Assembly (NCBI GenBank): GCA_945859975.1
Contig: CAMAPH010000001.1
Location: 145,070 to 209,069 of the forward strand
Direction of reading: 5' to 3'
From: Chthonomonas calidirosea
GTDB taxonomy: Bacteria > Armatimonadota > Fimbriimonadia > Fimbriimonadales > Fimbriimonadaceae
DNA length: 64,000 nt
Position numbers and translations under genes: made by a program
The notes under the pieces: generated by a model
Database searches by the model: none
Told to the model about the DNA's origin: nothing
What the model saw: the letters and a program-made list of their open reading frames with translations, nothing else
Shown: positions 50,304 to 59,566 of the stretch, piece by piece
How positions within the stretch are numbered: the stretch's first letter is position 1
How the letters are laid out: every line of letters starts with the position of its first letter

Positions 50304-51589
50304 AGGCCTGGGTCCTCCGAGAGCAGTTTGTTGACCGCTTTGTGGGCGCGTTGTAGGACGACTTTGGCGTCGCGCTCGCGGCCCGCGAAAAGGCTGTCGA
50401 ACTCAGACCCGACTACCGTGATGACCTCTGGCCAGCGCGGCCCAATGGGGAGGACCTTGCCCGATTCGACGCTCGCGGTGACCGACGGCATATTGAACGG
50501 CGGAGCCTTGGGCTGCAGGAAGTCGCTGGATTGGGCGAGTTTGATGCGAGTCGGCGACTGGCGACGCTGCTCGATATACAGGAACCGTTCGGCTTCTTCG
50601 CTGACGATGAACTTGAGCAAGCGCCAGGCAGCGGCCGGGTGCTTGGTCTCTCGGTACATCACCAACTGATTTCCCTTTACGAACAGGGACTTCCCTTTCG
50701 GACCATCAGGCATCGGGCAGATGTCCCATTCGAAATCCTTGATTTTTTCTCGGTACCGAGAAGTGACGCCGATGTAGTTGAACTCCATCGCAAGGCGACC
50801 GGTTTCGAAGCCGAAGGCGGCATTTGCGCCTTGGGACGGCGAGGGGCAGACTCGGTGCTTCCAGCGAAGGTCAGCAACCCACTGCATCGCCTCTGAAGCC
50901 TCGGGCGTGTCCATGGCGGAGCGGGACAGGTCTTCACTGAGGAGGTTTGCCCCGTAGCCATACATGATTCCGACGTAAAAGGGCATGTTCGGGAAGCCGA
51001 CGCCGAATTGCGAAGGGCGTCCGTTGGCGTCGAACTTGGTGAGCTTGATGGCATATTCGAGCGTGCGTTCGGTGGTCCACTCACCGCGTTTCCAGAGTTC
51101 AAACGGGTCGGGCAGGCCGGCTTTTTTTAGCAGCGTTTTGTTGTAGATCATCACGCCGCCGCCGAAGAGGACATTGAGCGCGAGGAGCTTGCCGTTGCTG
51201 TAGTTTTCCTGCATGGCGAGCGGAAAGAACTCTTTGGCGTCGAACTCGGGGTCGGTTTCGGTGAACTCGGAGAGGTCGCGGAAGTAGTTCCGTTCCGCTA
51301 GCTGCGGGAAGTTAAAGTGGTCGACGCGGACGACGTCCGGGGACGTTCGGCTGGCGAACATCACGATGCTCTTGTTGCCGTAGGCCGACTGTGGGACTTT
51401 GAAGAGGCGGACGTTGAGGTCCGGGTTCCTTCGGTTGAATCGGTCGACGAGCTCCTGCTCGAGGGCGAGTTGCTCGACGTTGCCCCAGGCCATGTAGCGG
51501 AGCTGGATTCGGCGGTCGGCTTTTGCCGTGCAGTTGCTTGCAGCGAGCGAGGCAATGAGGATTCCCGCGATTGCCAGCGCTTTGTTCAT
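50300..51589 (-). CDS. Carbohydrate ABC transporter solute-binding (lipo)protein
   Basis: Signal peptide ending AASNC; family-1 SBP features YNKTLLKKAGLPDP and FEWDICPMP. Confidence 0.88.
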   Translation of the reverse strand: MNKALAIAGILIASLAASNCTAKADRRIQLRYMAWGNVEQLALEQELVDRFNRRNPDLNVRLFKVPQSAYGNKSIVMFASRTSPDVVRVDHFNFPQLAERNYFRDLSEFTETDPEFDAKEFFPLAMQENYSNGKLLALNVLFGGGVMIYNKTLLKKAGLPDPFELWKRGEWTTERTLEYAIKLTKFDANGRPSQFGVGFPNMPFYVGIMYGYGANLLSEDLSRSAMDTPEASEAMQWVADLRWKHRVCPSPSQGANAAFGFETGRLAMEFNYIGVTSRYREKIKDFEWDICPMPDGPKGKSLFVKGNQLVMYRETKHPAAAWRLLKFIVSEEAERFLYIEQRRQSPTRIKLAQSSDFLQPKAPPFNMPSVTASVESGKVLPIGPRWPEVITVVGSEFDSLFAGRERDAKVVLQRAHKAVNKLLSEDPGL

Positions 51590-51651
51590 GCGAGGGGAAT
51601 TGTAACGGATTCTATTGATCTTGGGAAGCCGAGATTGCGTATCATTGCCAC

Positions 51652-52386
51652 ATGGTCCCGCAGATCACCGATGATCAACGCGCACAGATGCGCGAACTTG
51701 GCTACGTCGTTTTTGAAGATATCTTCACGGTTGACGAGATGACCGATCTCATCACCGAGTTGGAAGCAGACGAAGCGCGAATGCGGGCGTCCCTCGCGGC
51801 TTCGGGCGGAGAGTCAGGGATTTCTCGCGCGGACGAAATCACCTTCAACGACCACATTGCCGAACGCAATCCGCTGGTGCGGGAGTTCACCAAGCGACCC
51901 GAGTTTCAGGCGCTTTGCAAAGAGTTCATCGGCGACAACGTGGACCTTTACTGGAACCAGACGGTTTTCAAGCAGCCCGAGGGCGCGCGCGAGTTCCCTT
52001 GGCACCAGGACGACGCTTACACGCCCGTGACGCCTGCGCCGTACCTCACCTTTTGGCTTGCCTTGAACGACGCGACGGAAGAGAACGGCTGCATCTCCGT
52101 GCTTCCGGGCTCACACAAGGACGGCTTGCGTGAGCACCATCCTTCGCCGATCGGCTGGGTTGGACACTCCAGCGACGACCCAGACCAGGGCGTTCTGGCT
52201 CCGATTCGCGCGGGCAGCCTGATCTGCTTCTGGTCGCTGACGATGCACAAGAGCGGCTCGAACCGGAGCAAAGGGACCCGGAAGGCTTATGTGATTCAGT
52301 ACAGCGCTTATCCGCTGCACCGGGTGGCTGATGGCGGGCTGATCGAAGTCGAGATTCCGGTGTTGCGCGACGGCGTCGGGGTGTGA
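51652..52386 (+). CDS. Phytanoyl-CoA dioxygenase (PhyH) family Fe(II)/2-oxoglutarate enzyme
   Basis: Motifs FPWHQDDAY, WLALNDATEENGC, PGSHK and MHKSGSNRSKGTRK. Confidence 0.9.
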   Translation: MVPQITDDQRAQMRELGYVVFEDIFTVDEMTDLITELEADEARMRASLAASGGESGISRADEITFNDHIAERNPLVREFTKRPEFQALCKEFIGDNVDLYWNQTVFKQPEGAREFPWHQDDAYTPVTPAPYLTFWLALNDATEENGCISVLPGSHKDGLREHHPSPIGWVGHSSDDPDQGVLAPIRAGSLICFWSLTMHKSGSNRSKGTRKAYVIQYSAYPLHRVADGGLIEVEIPVLRDGVGV

Positions 52387-52392
52387 TTTTTC

Positions 52393-52552
52393 GGGGCGCC
52401 TTGAGCTTCGCGCTTTGTGTGGCTTTGTATGGCTCTGAGTAGCTTTGGGGGCGAATTAATTAACGTTCCCCCCCAGGGTTTTTAATTAATTACAGGGTGT
52501 TTTAGGTTCGGATCGGCTCGGCGCGGTTAGGTTTTGTTCTGGTTTGTTTTTG
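52393..52552 (-). repeat. Dispersed element copy 2, inverted relative to copy 1
   Basis: Core 52453-52509 on the minus strand is GAACCTAAAACACCCTGTAATTAATTAAAAACCCTGGGGGGGAACGTTAATTAATTC, 47/57 identical to copy 1 without gaps. It is followed by CAAAGCTACT-CAGAGCCATA-CAAAGCCACA-CAAAGCGC units. Confidence 0.85.
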
Positions 52553-52668
52553 TCATTGGGCTCAGCTATACGGGCGCTGAGAGGCAAAAAGTCAACTACC
52601 GACAAGCAACATTTCTAGCTCAGAACAGCAGTTTTGCTACCTTCGGGATACCCAAAGAGGCAGCAGCG

Positions 52669-53412
52669 CTACCGCACTTCAAGGTTGGTGACTCGTTTCT
52701 CAATCCACGTGGCGCAGGCTGCGGCGATTTCTTTGGCGCGGCGGCCGAGGAGGGGGCCGACGTGGCTGGTGTTGGCGAATTCGAAAACGTCTGCTTTCGC
52801 CCAGGCGGCCGTGGCGCGGGAGGTGGCGGGCGGGATGTCGGTGTCTTTTGTGCCGATAACGACGAGAACGGGGCAGGTCGGCGGGGTGGTTTTGACGCCA
52901 GCGCGTGTGGTTCTCAGGACGGAACCGGACTCATCTCGCCATTGCGGATGCGCCCACAGGATGGTTGCCTCGTCGCTGTCTGGAATGGCGTCTCGGGTGT
53001 CCTTCAGAGGTCCGTTCGCCCAGCGGATCACATCGGGAATGGGATCAGTCCTTTGTTTTGCGGGATCGACACCAGCTGGCGGCACGCCATTGATCAGAAT
53101 GACGGCGCTGGGTTTGATGCGTTCGGCCGCCTTGAGCGCGAGAATTCCACCGAGACTTGCCCCAATGAGAACTACCTTTCCGCGCTTCTTGGGAACCCAC
53201 GCAACGACCTGATCGACGTAGTCCGTGAACTTCGTTTGCTTCAACCCGCCCTTGGCCGGAACGAGGTCGGGAGCGATGACTTGCCAGCCGGCCTTTTCGA
53301 ACACGGGTTTCCAATATCGGTACTCCCAGCCGCCTCCTCCCGCGCCGTGGATCATGATGGCGACGTTGGGATTGGCGGGGGCGATTGGCAGCGTGCAGAT
53401 GGCGGCGAGCAT
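52669..53412 (-). CDS. Alpha/beta fold hydrolase, probably secreted
   Basis: Motifs MIHGAGGG, nucleophile IGASLGG, GTKDTDIP and TSHVG. Confidence 0.85.
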   Translation of the reverse strand: MLAAICTLPIAPANPNVAIMIHGAGGGGWEYRYWKPVFEKAGWQVIAPDLVPAKGGLKQTKFTDYVDQVVAWVPKKRGKVVLIGASLGGILALKAAERIKPSAVILINGVPPAGVDPAKQRTDPIPDVIRWANGPLKDTRDAIPDSDEATILWAHPQWRDESGSVLRTTRAGVKTTPPTCPVLVVIGTKDTDIPPATSRATAAWAKADVFEFANTSHVGPLLGRRAKEIAAACATWIEKRVTNLEVR

Positions 53413-53524
53413 GGCTTCGAATTCTTCTTACGGATGAGGGAGCGGGCTGGTTCGGGTGGGCACTTTGAACCGTCTAGCATGGCTTTGAATAAATGGACGG
53501 GCGGGCCGGAAGAATTGGCCGATA

Positions 53525-53581
53525 TCCGTTATAGTAAAGGATGTTCGTTTAAGTCGCAGCTGCGTCGACGGTGCTGACGGC
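53525..53581 (+). pseudogene. Decayed duplicate of the cellulase promoter and first about 14 codons
   Basis: TCCGTTATAGTAA occurs at 53525-53537 and 55901-55913. The 41 nt from ATG 53541 match the cellulase start (55918) at 29 of 41 positions without gaps; codon 4 is TAA here versus TCG there. Confidence 0.7.
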
Positions 53582-53776
53582 AGAGTTTGATTTGCAGAAG
53601 AGCCAACACACGAGCCCTATGAAAAATGAGCCTTCGTCGGAGCTCATGGCTGCCATCTGGAAGGGTTAACTTAACCATAAAAGCCATTGCATTTTATATT
53701 TTGCTTTATGTTATGAGACACATTATGCCTTTTCGGACGAACTGAGAGCACCTGCCAAGTTTCTAATCAGAGCATA

Positions 53777-55831
53777 ATGTCAAATTCCATGGTCAAGCTG
53801 CTCCCGGATGAAATTGACAATGCGGTAAGAGTTATTGCTGGATTTCTTACCACTAAGGAACTCACACACCTTTTGCCGAAACACGACATTGATCAGATAG
53901 GGCAATCCATTCCGAAAACCCAGACTCGTTTGGCATGTCACGTTGTCCAACGATATGGTCCCGAGCTACTGGCAAATGACCGCGTTCGGTTCTTGTTAGC
54001 ATTGAGGAAGGGAATCGATGCTCCTACTGAGTGGGTCGCAAATTCCGACGTTGCTGTCGAATTCGTCGAAACTCTCGGCATGCCGCTGGTGTTCTCCGGC
54101 TCCCGCGACAGGAAATCACCCGCAACTCGACAAGAAGATCAGTCTACCGGCGCTGCTAAAGGTTTCAATCTCATTTCCGAACGTGCTCAAACCGATGCGA
54201 TTAGCAGAATGGCACAGCTGCTTAGCCCAGCAGAGCTTAAAGGTCTGCTATCAGACGGCGTTCGGACGCTTTTAGCCACCGACATGAAATCGTATTCGGG
54301 TCGCGATATTGCAGAAATGATCTTACTTCTGTCTGATATTGATCTTTTTCGTGATGCTCGTTTTCGAAAATTACTGGGACAAAAACTTGGCATTGAGTCC
54401 CCGGATCGATGGGTGGCGGGCAAGAAAGGTGCCATATTATTTGTTACGCAATGTGGTTTTGATGAGCGGTTTGCGGGCGTGGCACCGGATGGAAAGCTAC
54501 CCTCACATTTCGATGTTGAGCCGTACGTGAAGCTAGCTCCTCTACATGATTGGCAGACGGACCTTGCCCGCCGAGCTTTGAGTTTCTTGAAGGGTAGGTA
54601 CGAAAAGAAGCGGGCGATCCTTAGCCTGCCAACTGGTGCAGGAAAAACAAGGACGGTTGTTCATTCGTTAGTGGAATTGCTTTGGCAAGAAGAGGCTCAT
54701 TCACGGCCAATAATCTGGATTGCACAGAGTGAGGAACTGTGTGAACAAGCTATTGCCTCAATTGAGCAGGTTTGGTTGCACCAAAGTGTTAGACTAGCGG
54801 AAACGGATCGGCGAGCGCCATTTGCACTCAGGATTCAACGGTTTTTCGGCACGTACGATCTTGACTCGGAGAACCCGCAGGTGATCGTTACATCTATCCA
54901 AAAACTTCATAGGTGCATAGAAAGGATCCAAAAGGACCCTGATCGCGCAGACGTTTTCAACGTCAGGGGAATGATGGCGGGAGCTCGGGCTGTTGTTTTG
55001 GATGAAGCTCACCACGCGGTAGCTCGGACCTACCGATCAACATTGAGCTATTTTATGGAAAAGGCAAGGTGTCCTATATTGGGATTAACGGCAACGCCGG
55101 GGCGAAGTTCATCGGACGAGACTGCACAACTCGCTCGGATTTTTCAACGACAACTTATTTGTCCCAGTTGGAAAAACCCGCATCGAACCTTAGTGGAACA
55201 AGGAGTTCTTGCGAACATACACCCGATTAGAATCGGCGGCGTTAAAATTGTGCTCACTACGGAAGAAAGAAAGATTTTTGATATATTTAAAGAGATTCCG
55301 GAGTCCGCTCTTGGACGAGTCGGCGAAGTCCAACACAGGAACCAAAAAATTACATCCGCGCTCAGTCAGCTGTCACCTACCACTGCAATCTTAGTTTTTG
55401 CAATTAATAAAGCTCATGCCCAAATATTGACCGTAGCGATTAAGAAAACAGGCAGGACGGTAGCATTCATAAGCGGCGATACTCCCAAACCATCGCGTCG
55501 CCGAATTATTTCCGCATTTCGATCAGGTCAAATCAGCTGTCTGGTCAATTGTGAAGTCTTGACTACAGGGTTTGATGCTCCGAAGGTTGAAGCAGTCGTT
55601 TTGGCTCGGCCAACTTTTAGTTCCATCAAGTATGAACAGATGGTCGGACGCGGTTTGCGAGGTATCCGTAACGGAGGTACCGATACATGCAAAATTATAG
55701 ACGTAGTGGATAATCTCGATATTCATGGTGAGACACTCAGCTACGCACGATTCGGCCACGAATGGCAAACCGATGGTTCGCTGTTTGTCCGCGTAGGTGA
55801 GGCTGCGGAAGAGGATCAAATAGTTTCATAA
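53777..55831 (+). CDS. SF2 DEAH-box helicase (ResIII-like) with a duplicated N-terminal domain, in an AT-richer insertion
   Basis: Motifs LHDWQ, LPTGAGKT, LDEAHH, GLTATPGR, VLTTGFDAP and EQMVGRGLRG. Confidence 0.9.
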   Translation: MSNSMVKLLPDEIDNAVRVIAGFLTTKELTHLLPKHDIDQIGQSIPKTQTRLACHVVQRYGPELLANDRVRFLLALRKGIDAPTEWVANSDVAVEFVETLGMPLVFSGSRDRKSPATRQEDQSTGAAKGFNLISERAQTDAISRMAQLLSPAELKGLLSDGVRTLLATDMKSYSGRDIAEMILLLSDIDLFRDARFRKLLGQKLGIESPDRWVAGKKGAILFVTQCGFDERFAGVAPDGKLPSHFDVEPYVKLAPLHDWQTDLARRALSFLKGRYEKKRAILSLPTGAGKTRTVVHSLVELLWQEEAHSRPIIWIAQSEELCEQAIASIEQVWLHQSVRLAETDRRAPFALRIQRFFGTYDLDSENPQVIVTSIQKLHRCIERIQKDPDRADVFNVRGMMAGARAVVLDEAHHAVARTYRSTLSYFMEKARCPILGLTATPGRSSSDETAQLARIFQRQLICPSWKNPHRTLVEQGVLANIHPIRIGGVKIVLTTEERKIFDIFKEIPESALGRVGEVQHRNQKITSALSQLSPTTAILVFAINKAHAQILTVAIKKTGRTVAFISGDTPKPSRRRIISAFRSGQISCLVNCEVLTTGFDAPKVEAVVLARPTFSSIKYEQMVGRGLRGIRNGGTDTCKIIDVVDNLDIHGETLSYARFGHEWQTDGSLFVRVGEAAEEDQIVS

Positions 55832-55917
55832 CTCCCGGAAAAACCAAGGTTGGACGTTCCTAGCCTTTCTACAGACGCTAGCAGGAACAGGAGCGGCGAT
55901 TCCGTTATAGTAAGAGC

Positions 55918-56886
55918 ATGGTCTTTTCGATCGGATTGGCGGCGATGGTGCTGGCGGCGGGGATGGGTTCGGAGATGAGCCCACAGGCTAGCCCGGTGGA
56001 TGTTCATGGGCGGTTGCAGGTTAAGGGCAATCGGATGGTGGGCAAGGACGGGAAGCCGGCGAGCCTAGCCGGGATGAGCTTGTTCTGGAGCCAGTGGATG
56101 CCGCAGTACTACACGCCGGGCACGGTCGCATGGCTGAAATCCGACTTTAAGTCGACCGGCGTTCGGGCGGCGATTGCGGTAGGAAGCGGCGGGTACTTGA
56201 CCCAGCCGGACGTTGAGACTAAGAAGGCGCATGCCGTTGTAGATGCGGCGATCAAGCAAGGCATGTACGTTCTGGTGGATTGGCACTCGCACGACGCGGA
56301 GAAGACTCCTGAGGCAGCCGAGAAATTCTTCGGTGAGCTAGCGGCGAAGTACGGCGATAAGGCGAATTTGATTTACGAAATTTACAACGAGCCGCTTAAG
56401 GTGAGCTGGTCGCAGGTGATCAAGCCGTACGCCGAGCGGGTGATTGCGGCGATTCGGAAGCACGACAAAGACAACCTGATTATCGTTGGCACACCGACTT
56501 GGTCGCAGGATGTGGATGCGGTCATTCCAGACCCGATCAAGGATCCGAACGTGGCGTACACCTTGCACTTCTATGCCGGGACGCACAAGCAGTACCTTCG
56601 CGACAAAGCGCAAAAGGCGCTCGACGCCGGGCTCGCGCTGATGGTGACCGAGTGGGGCACGGTGAACGCGGATGGCGACGGCAAAGTTGATCGCGAGTCC
56701 ACCCAGGCTTGGATGGACTTTATGGCGAAAAACCAACTGAGTCACTTCAACTGGTCAGTGGCGGACAAGGTCGAAGGCGCCGCGATCCTGAAGCCGGGCT
56801 CTTCGGGCAACGGCGGCTGGAAGGACACGGAGCTGACCGAATCGGGGCTCTACGTTCGAGAGCTGATTCGGGGCTGGAAGCACTAA
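55918..56886 (+). CDS. Endoglucanase, glycoside hydrolase family 5 (subfamily 2-like)
   Basis: Signal peptide; LAGMSLFWS, VDWHSH, acid/base YEIYNEP, LHFYAGTH and nucleophile VTEWG. Confidence 0.93.
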   Translation: MVFSIGLAAMVLAAGMGSEMSPQASPVDVHGRLQVKGNRMVGKDGKPASLAGMSLFWSQWMPQYYTPGTVAWLKSDFKSTGVRAAIAVGSGGYLTQPDVETKKAHAVVDAAIKQGMYVLVDWHSHDAEKTPEAAEKFFGELAAKYGDKANLIYEIYNEPLKVSWSQVIKPYAERVIAAIRKHDKDNLIIVGTPTWSQDVDAVIPDPIKDPNVAYTLHFYAGTHKQYLRDKAQKALDAGLALMVTEWGTVNADGDGKVDRESTQAWMDFMAKNQLSHFNWSVADKVEGAAILKPGSSGNGGWKDTELTESGLYVRELIRGWKH

Positions 56887-56893
56887 GCCTGGC

Positions 56894-59320
56894 TTAGTGC
56901 TTCCCTTTCTCCGCCGGATACGGGACGCCGGGTTTGTAGCCTTCCCAGAGGATACGGTTTAGCTCGCCGAAGTCGGCGCGGTCGACTTCGGAGAAGTCGA
57001 GTTTTGCGCTTCGCTCGGCGAGCTTGGTGCCCGACGGGTTTCGCTCGTTCAGGTCAATGGCGGGTTGAACCTTGATGAACGGGGCGAAGTACGGCTTGGT
57101 GGTGAAGGCATTGACCATGGGGGTCGCGGCTTCATCAAACTGGGTGAGCGGGGGGAGGCCGAGCATGAGGCCCATGGTTCGCAGCATGGACGCGGTGCTG
57201 TAGTGGGTGCTGTCGATGATTCCGCGCTTGGCATACGGCGAGGCGACGTACGCCACCGTTCGGTGCGAATCGACGTGGTCAGGGCCGTCTTGGGCGTCGT
57301 CTTGGACGACAAAGATGGCAGTTTCTTTCCAGAATTTCGACTTACTCACGGCTTCCACGAGGTTGCCGACGGCGAGGTCGTTGTCTCCGACCATGGCGTA
57401 GGGGGACAGGCTTCCTGCGCTAAACCCGTTTGTGTGGTCGTCGGGCAGGGCCATGACCATGAGGTTCGGCCAGCCGCCGTTCTTCTCTGCTTCGCGCATT
57501 TCGCGCAGGAACTCTTCGACCTTTTCGGTATCGCGTCCTCCACGAGCAAAGATTTCCTCGAACTTGGCGCTGTAGCCGTACTGCTCCGGGTCTTTGCGAA
57601 GCTCGGGGTCGTTCAGCGAGTTGTGATCTTCCTGAACGTCAACATATTCGCCGTAGACGCGGGCTTTTAGGCCGTGCTTGCGGGCCTGGGACCAGAGATA
57701 CTCGCCCGGCGAGCTCGTGAGTCGCTTGTCGCTATCCACCTGTCCGTGGCGACCGTAGCCGAGGACCCATTGCTTTTCGCAGTAGTCGCTGGCGTAGGCG
57801 GCATCGGTCCACTGGTGGCCAGATTGGGAGGTTTCACCATCGGCATAGAAGTTGTCGTAGGTTGCGAAGGTGTCAGCGAGCTTGTGGCCGTTCGGGGTGA
57901 CCCGTCGAGGGAAAACGGTGAGCGATGGGTCGCAGTTGCCGCGTCCGAGATCGCCAAGAACCTGGTCGAAGGTGCGGTTTTCACGGATCACGTAGATCAC
58001 GTGCTTGATCTTTCGGAGCGCGTTTCGCTCGACATCGCGGAACTCCGCGCTTGCAAGGAGTGCCTTCTGGTCGGGCATGTTGTCCTTCACCTTCGCACTG
58101 AGCTTGTCGAGTTCTTTTCCAGATGGGATGTCGAGAATCGTAAGCCGGCCGGTGAGCTGCTGGCCGATGTAGCGGTAGGGAGCACCGTACTGTTGGCCGC
58201 GAATCTGGGCACCTTCGAGGGTGACTTTGCTTCCGGCGTTCGCGCCGTAGTTGCCTTTTGCCGTGCCAATGAGGAGCTTCTTTCCGTCCGGCGTGACCGA
58301 GACGAGGACCGGGTAGCGCTCGGTCGGGATGTATCCGGTGACTTTCGCCGATTTGGGGTTGGCAATGTCGACAACGGTGACGCAGTTGTTTCCGGCGTTG
58401 GCGACGAAGAGGGTGTTTTGATCCGGGGAAACCGCGAGGTGAACCGGAGTCGAGCCGACTTTGGATCGTCCGCCGAAACCAGTGCGGATGGTTGCGCTGA
58501 CTTGTCCGTTCGTGATGACGGAAACCGAATCGGAGCCGGCGTTGCTAACGAAGAGGCGACCGTCTTTCGTGTAGACGACGGCGGTGGGTCGCTGCTCGAC
58601 TTTGATTCGGTCAACGGAAGTCAGGGTTTTTGCATCGAGGATGCTGACGCTTTGGTCGCCCCAGTTGCTGACGGCGAGGGTCTTGCCATCGGGGCTGAGG
58701 GCGGCCATGTACGGGCGGTAGCCGACCTTGGTTCGCTGCTTGATTTGACCCGCTTCGTCGGTCAGGAGGACTTCGTCGCTTTGGACGTTGAGAACGTAGT
58801 TGCCGTTCGGCCCTGGAAGGATGCTGCTGACGAATCGATCTTGAGGGGCGATGCCGTCGAGGTCAATTCCGGAAGTTTGCTCCAGCTTGCCGTTGACGTT
58901 TCTGATCTTCAGGATGGCTTTGTGCTTCGCAGCGTCTTCGACTTTGCCGCCGGATAGCCAGAATTCACCGTCGGCTTTTTGAGCGAGGCCGATCCAGTTT
59001 CGGTCGAACTTGAGGGTGCTTTCGATCTGTCCGGATTCGATGTTGACGAGGTTCAGCGAGTGGTCGTGGTACCCGGCGGTGTTCACCAGAACCTTCTTTC
59101 CGCCATCAACGAAAATGATCGAGCCGGGCATGTCGCCGGGGAGGTCGATTCCCTTTCCTACCGGCGTGATGCGCCAGCCGTTGAAGAGGGTGAAAGCGGT
59201 TTTGTCAGAACTCCAGCCGGGCCCCGCTTGGCGGGCGGACCGCAAGTTGCTTTGGAACGCAATCACCAGCGCGGCGACGCCGAGGGCGGAAAGGGAGGCA
59301 AACAAGAACCGGGATTTCAT
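56894..59320 (-). CDS. Bifunctional YncE/YVTN beta-propeller plus phosphoesterase (alkaline phosphatase-like) protein
   Basis: YVTN-like blades (VSNWGDQSVSILD, VSNAGSDSVSVI); KHVIYVIRENRTFDQVLGD and DDAQDGPDHVDSHR. Confidence 0.88.
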   Translation of the reverse strand: MKSRFLFASLSALGVAALVIAFQSNLRSARQAGPGWSSDKTAFTLFNGWRITPVGKGIDLPGDMPGSIIFVDGGKKVLVNTAGYHDHSLNLVNIESGQIESTLKFDRNWIGLAQKADGEFWLSGGKVEDAAKHKAILKIRNVNGKLEQTSGIDLDGIAPQDRFVSSILPGPNGNYVLNVQSDEVLLTDEAGQIKQRTKVGYRPYMAALSPDGKTLAVSNWGDQSVSILDAKTLTSVDRIKVEQRPTAVVYTKDGRLFVSNAGSDSVSVITNGQVSATIRTGFGGRSKVGSTPVHLAVSPDQNTLFVANAGNNCVTVVDIANPKSAKVTGYIPTERYPVLVSVTPDGKKLLIGTAKGNYGANAGSKVTLEGAQIRGQQYGAPYRYIGQQLTGRLTILDIPSGKELDKLSAKVKDNMPDQKALLASAEFRDVERNALRKIKHVIYVIRENRTFDQVLGDLGRGNCDPSLTVFPRRVTPNGHKLADTFATYDNFYADGETSQSGHQWTDAAYASDYCEKQWVLGYGRHGQVDSDKRLTSSPGEYLWSQARKHGLKARVYGEYVDVQEDHNSLNDPELRKDPEQYGYSAKFEEIFARGGRDTEKVEEFLREMREAEKNGGWPNLMVMALPDDHTNGFSAGSLSPYAMVGDNDLAVGNLVEAVSKSKFWKETAIFVVQDDAQDGPDHVDSHRTVAYVASPYAKRGIIDSTHYSTASMLRTMGLMLGLPPLTQFDEAATPMVNAFTTKPYFAPFIKVQPAIDLNERNPSGTKLAERSAKLDFSEVDRADFGELNRILWEGYKPGVPYPAEKGKH

Positions 59321-59566
59321 GATGTTGCAGATAGGATAGCCGGGATCGCTCGCACGCTCCTGACCAAGTTTTGGCGTTGCATCTTTGCCGGGAAAACCGG
59401 CGCAACTTGCGACCGCTTGAGTTTAAATCCCGGAACGCCGGGAAAAGCGAAATTCATTGTTAAGGTTTCTTTATAATGTTCTCTTAACGTGGTGTCTACG
59501 CTATTTTCGCTGTGGATGCCAACGGTAATCTCTCCGCTCGGTTAGCGTGGGTGACCAGAGGATGCG

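Noticed and set aside
52615..52672. GTAG-initiated sequences after the alpha/beta hydrolase stop as further REP copies
   Set aside because: They lack a convincing stem after the GTAG and are too degenerate to call.
53582..53591. AGAGTTTGAT, matching the start of 16S rRNA
   Set aside because: Only a 10-nt match; the following sequence has no rRNA similarity.
57674..58957. 427-aa plus-strand ORF, and similar ones at 31851..32831, 41687..42628 and 52534..53577
   Set aside because: Each is antisense to a clearly identified gene and has shadow-ORF composition.
59321..59566. Possible riboswitch or ncRNA in the long intergenic regions (also 63218-63425 and 53590-53776)
   Set aside because: Only short hairpins and AT-rich promoter-like tracts are present, with no conserved riboswitch or tRNA signature recognised. 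An Infernal/Rfam scan would be decisive.
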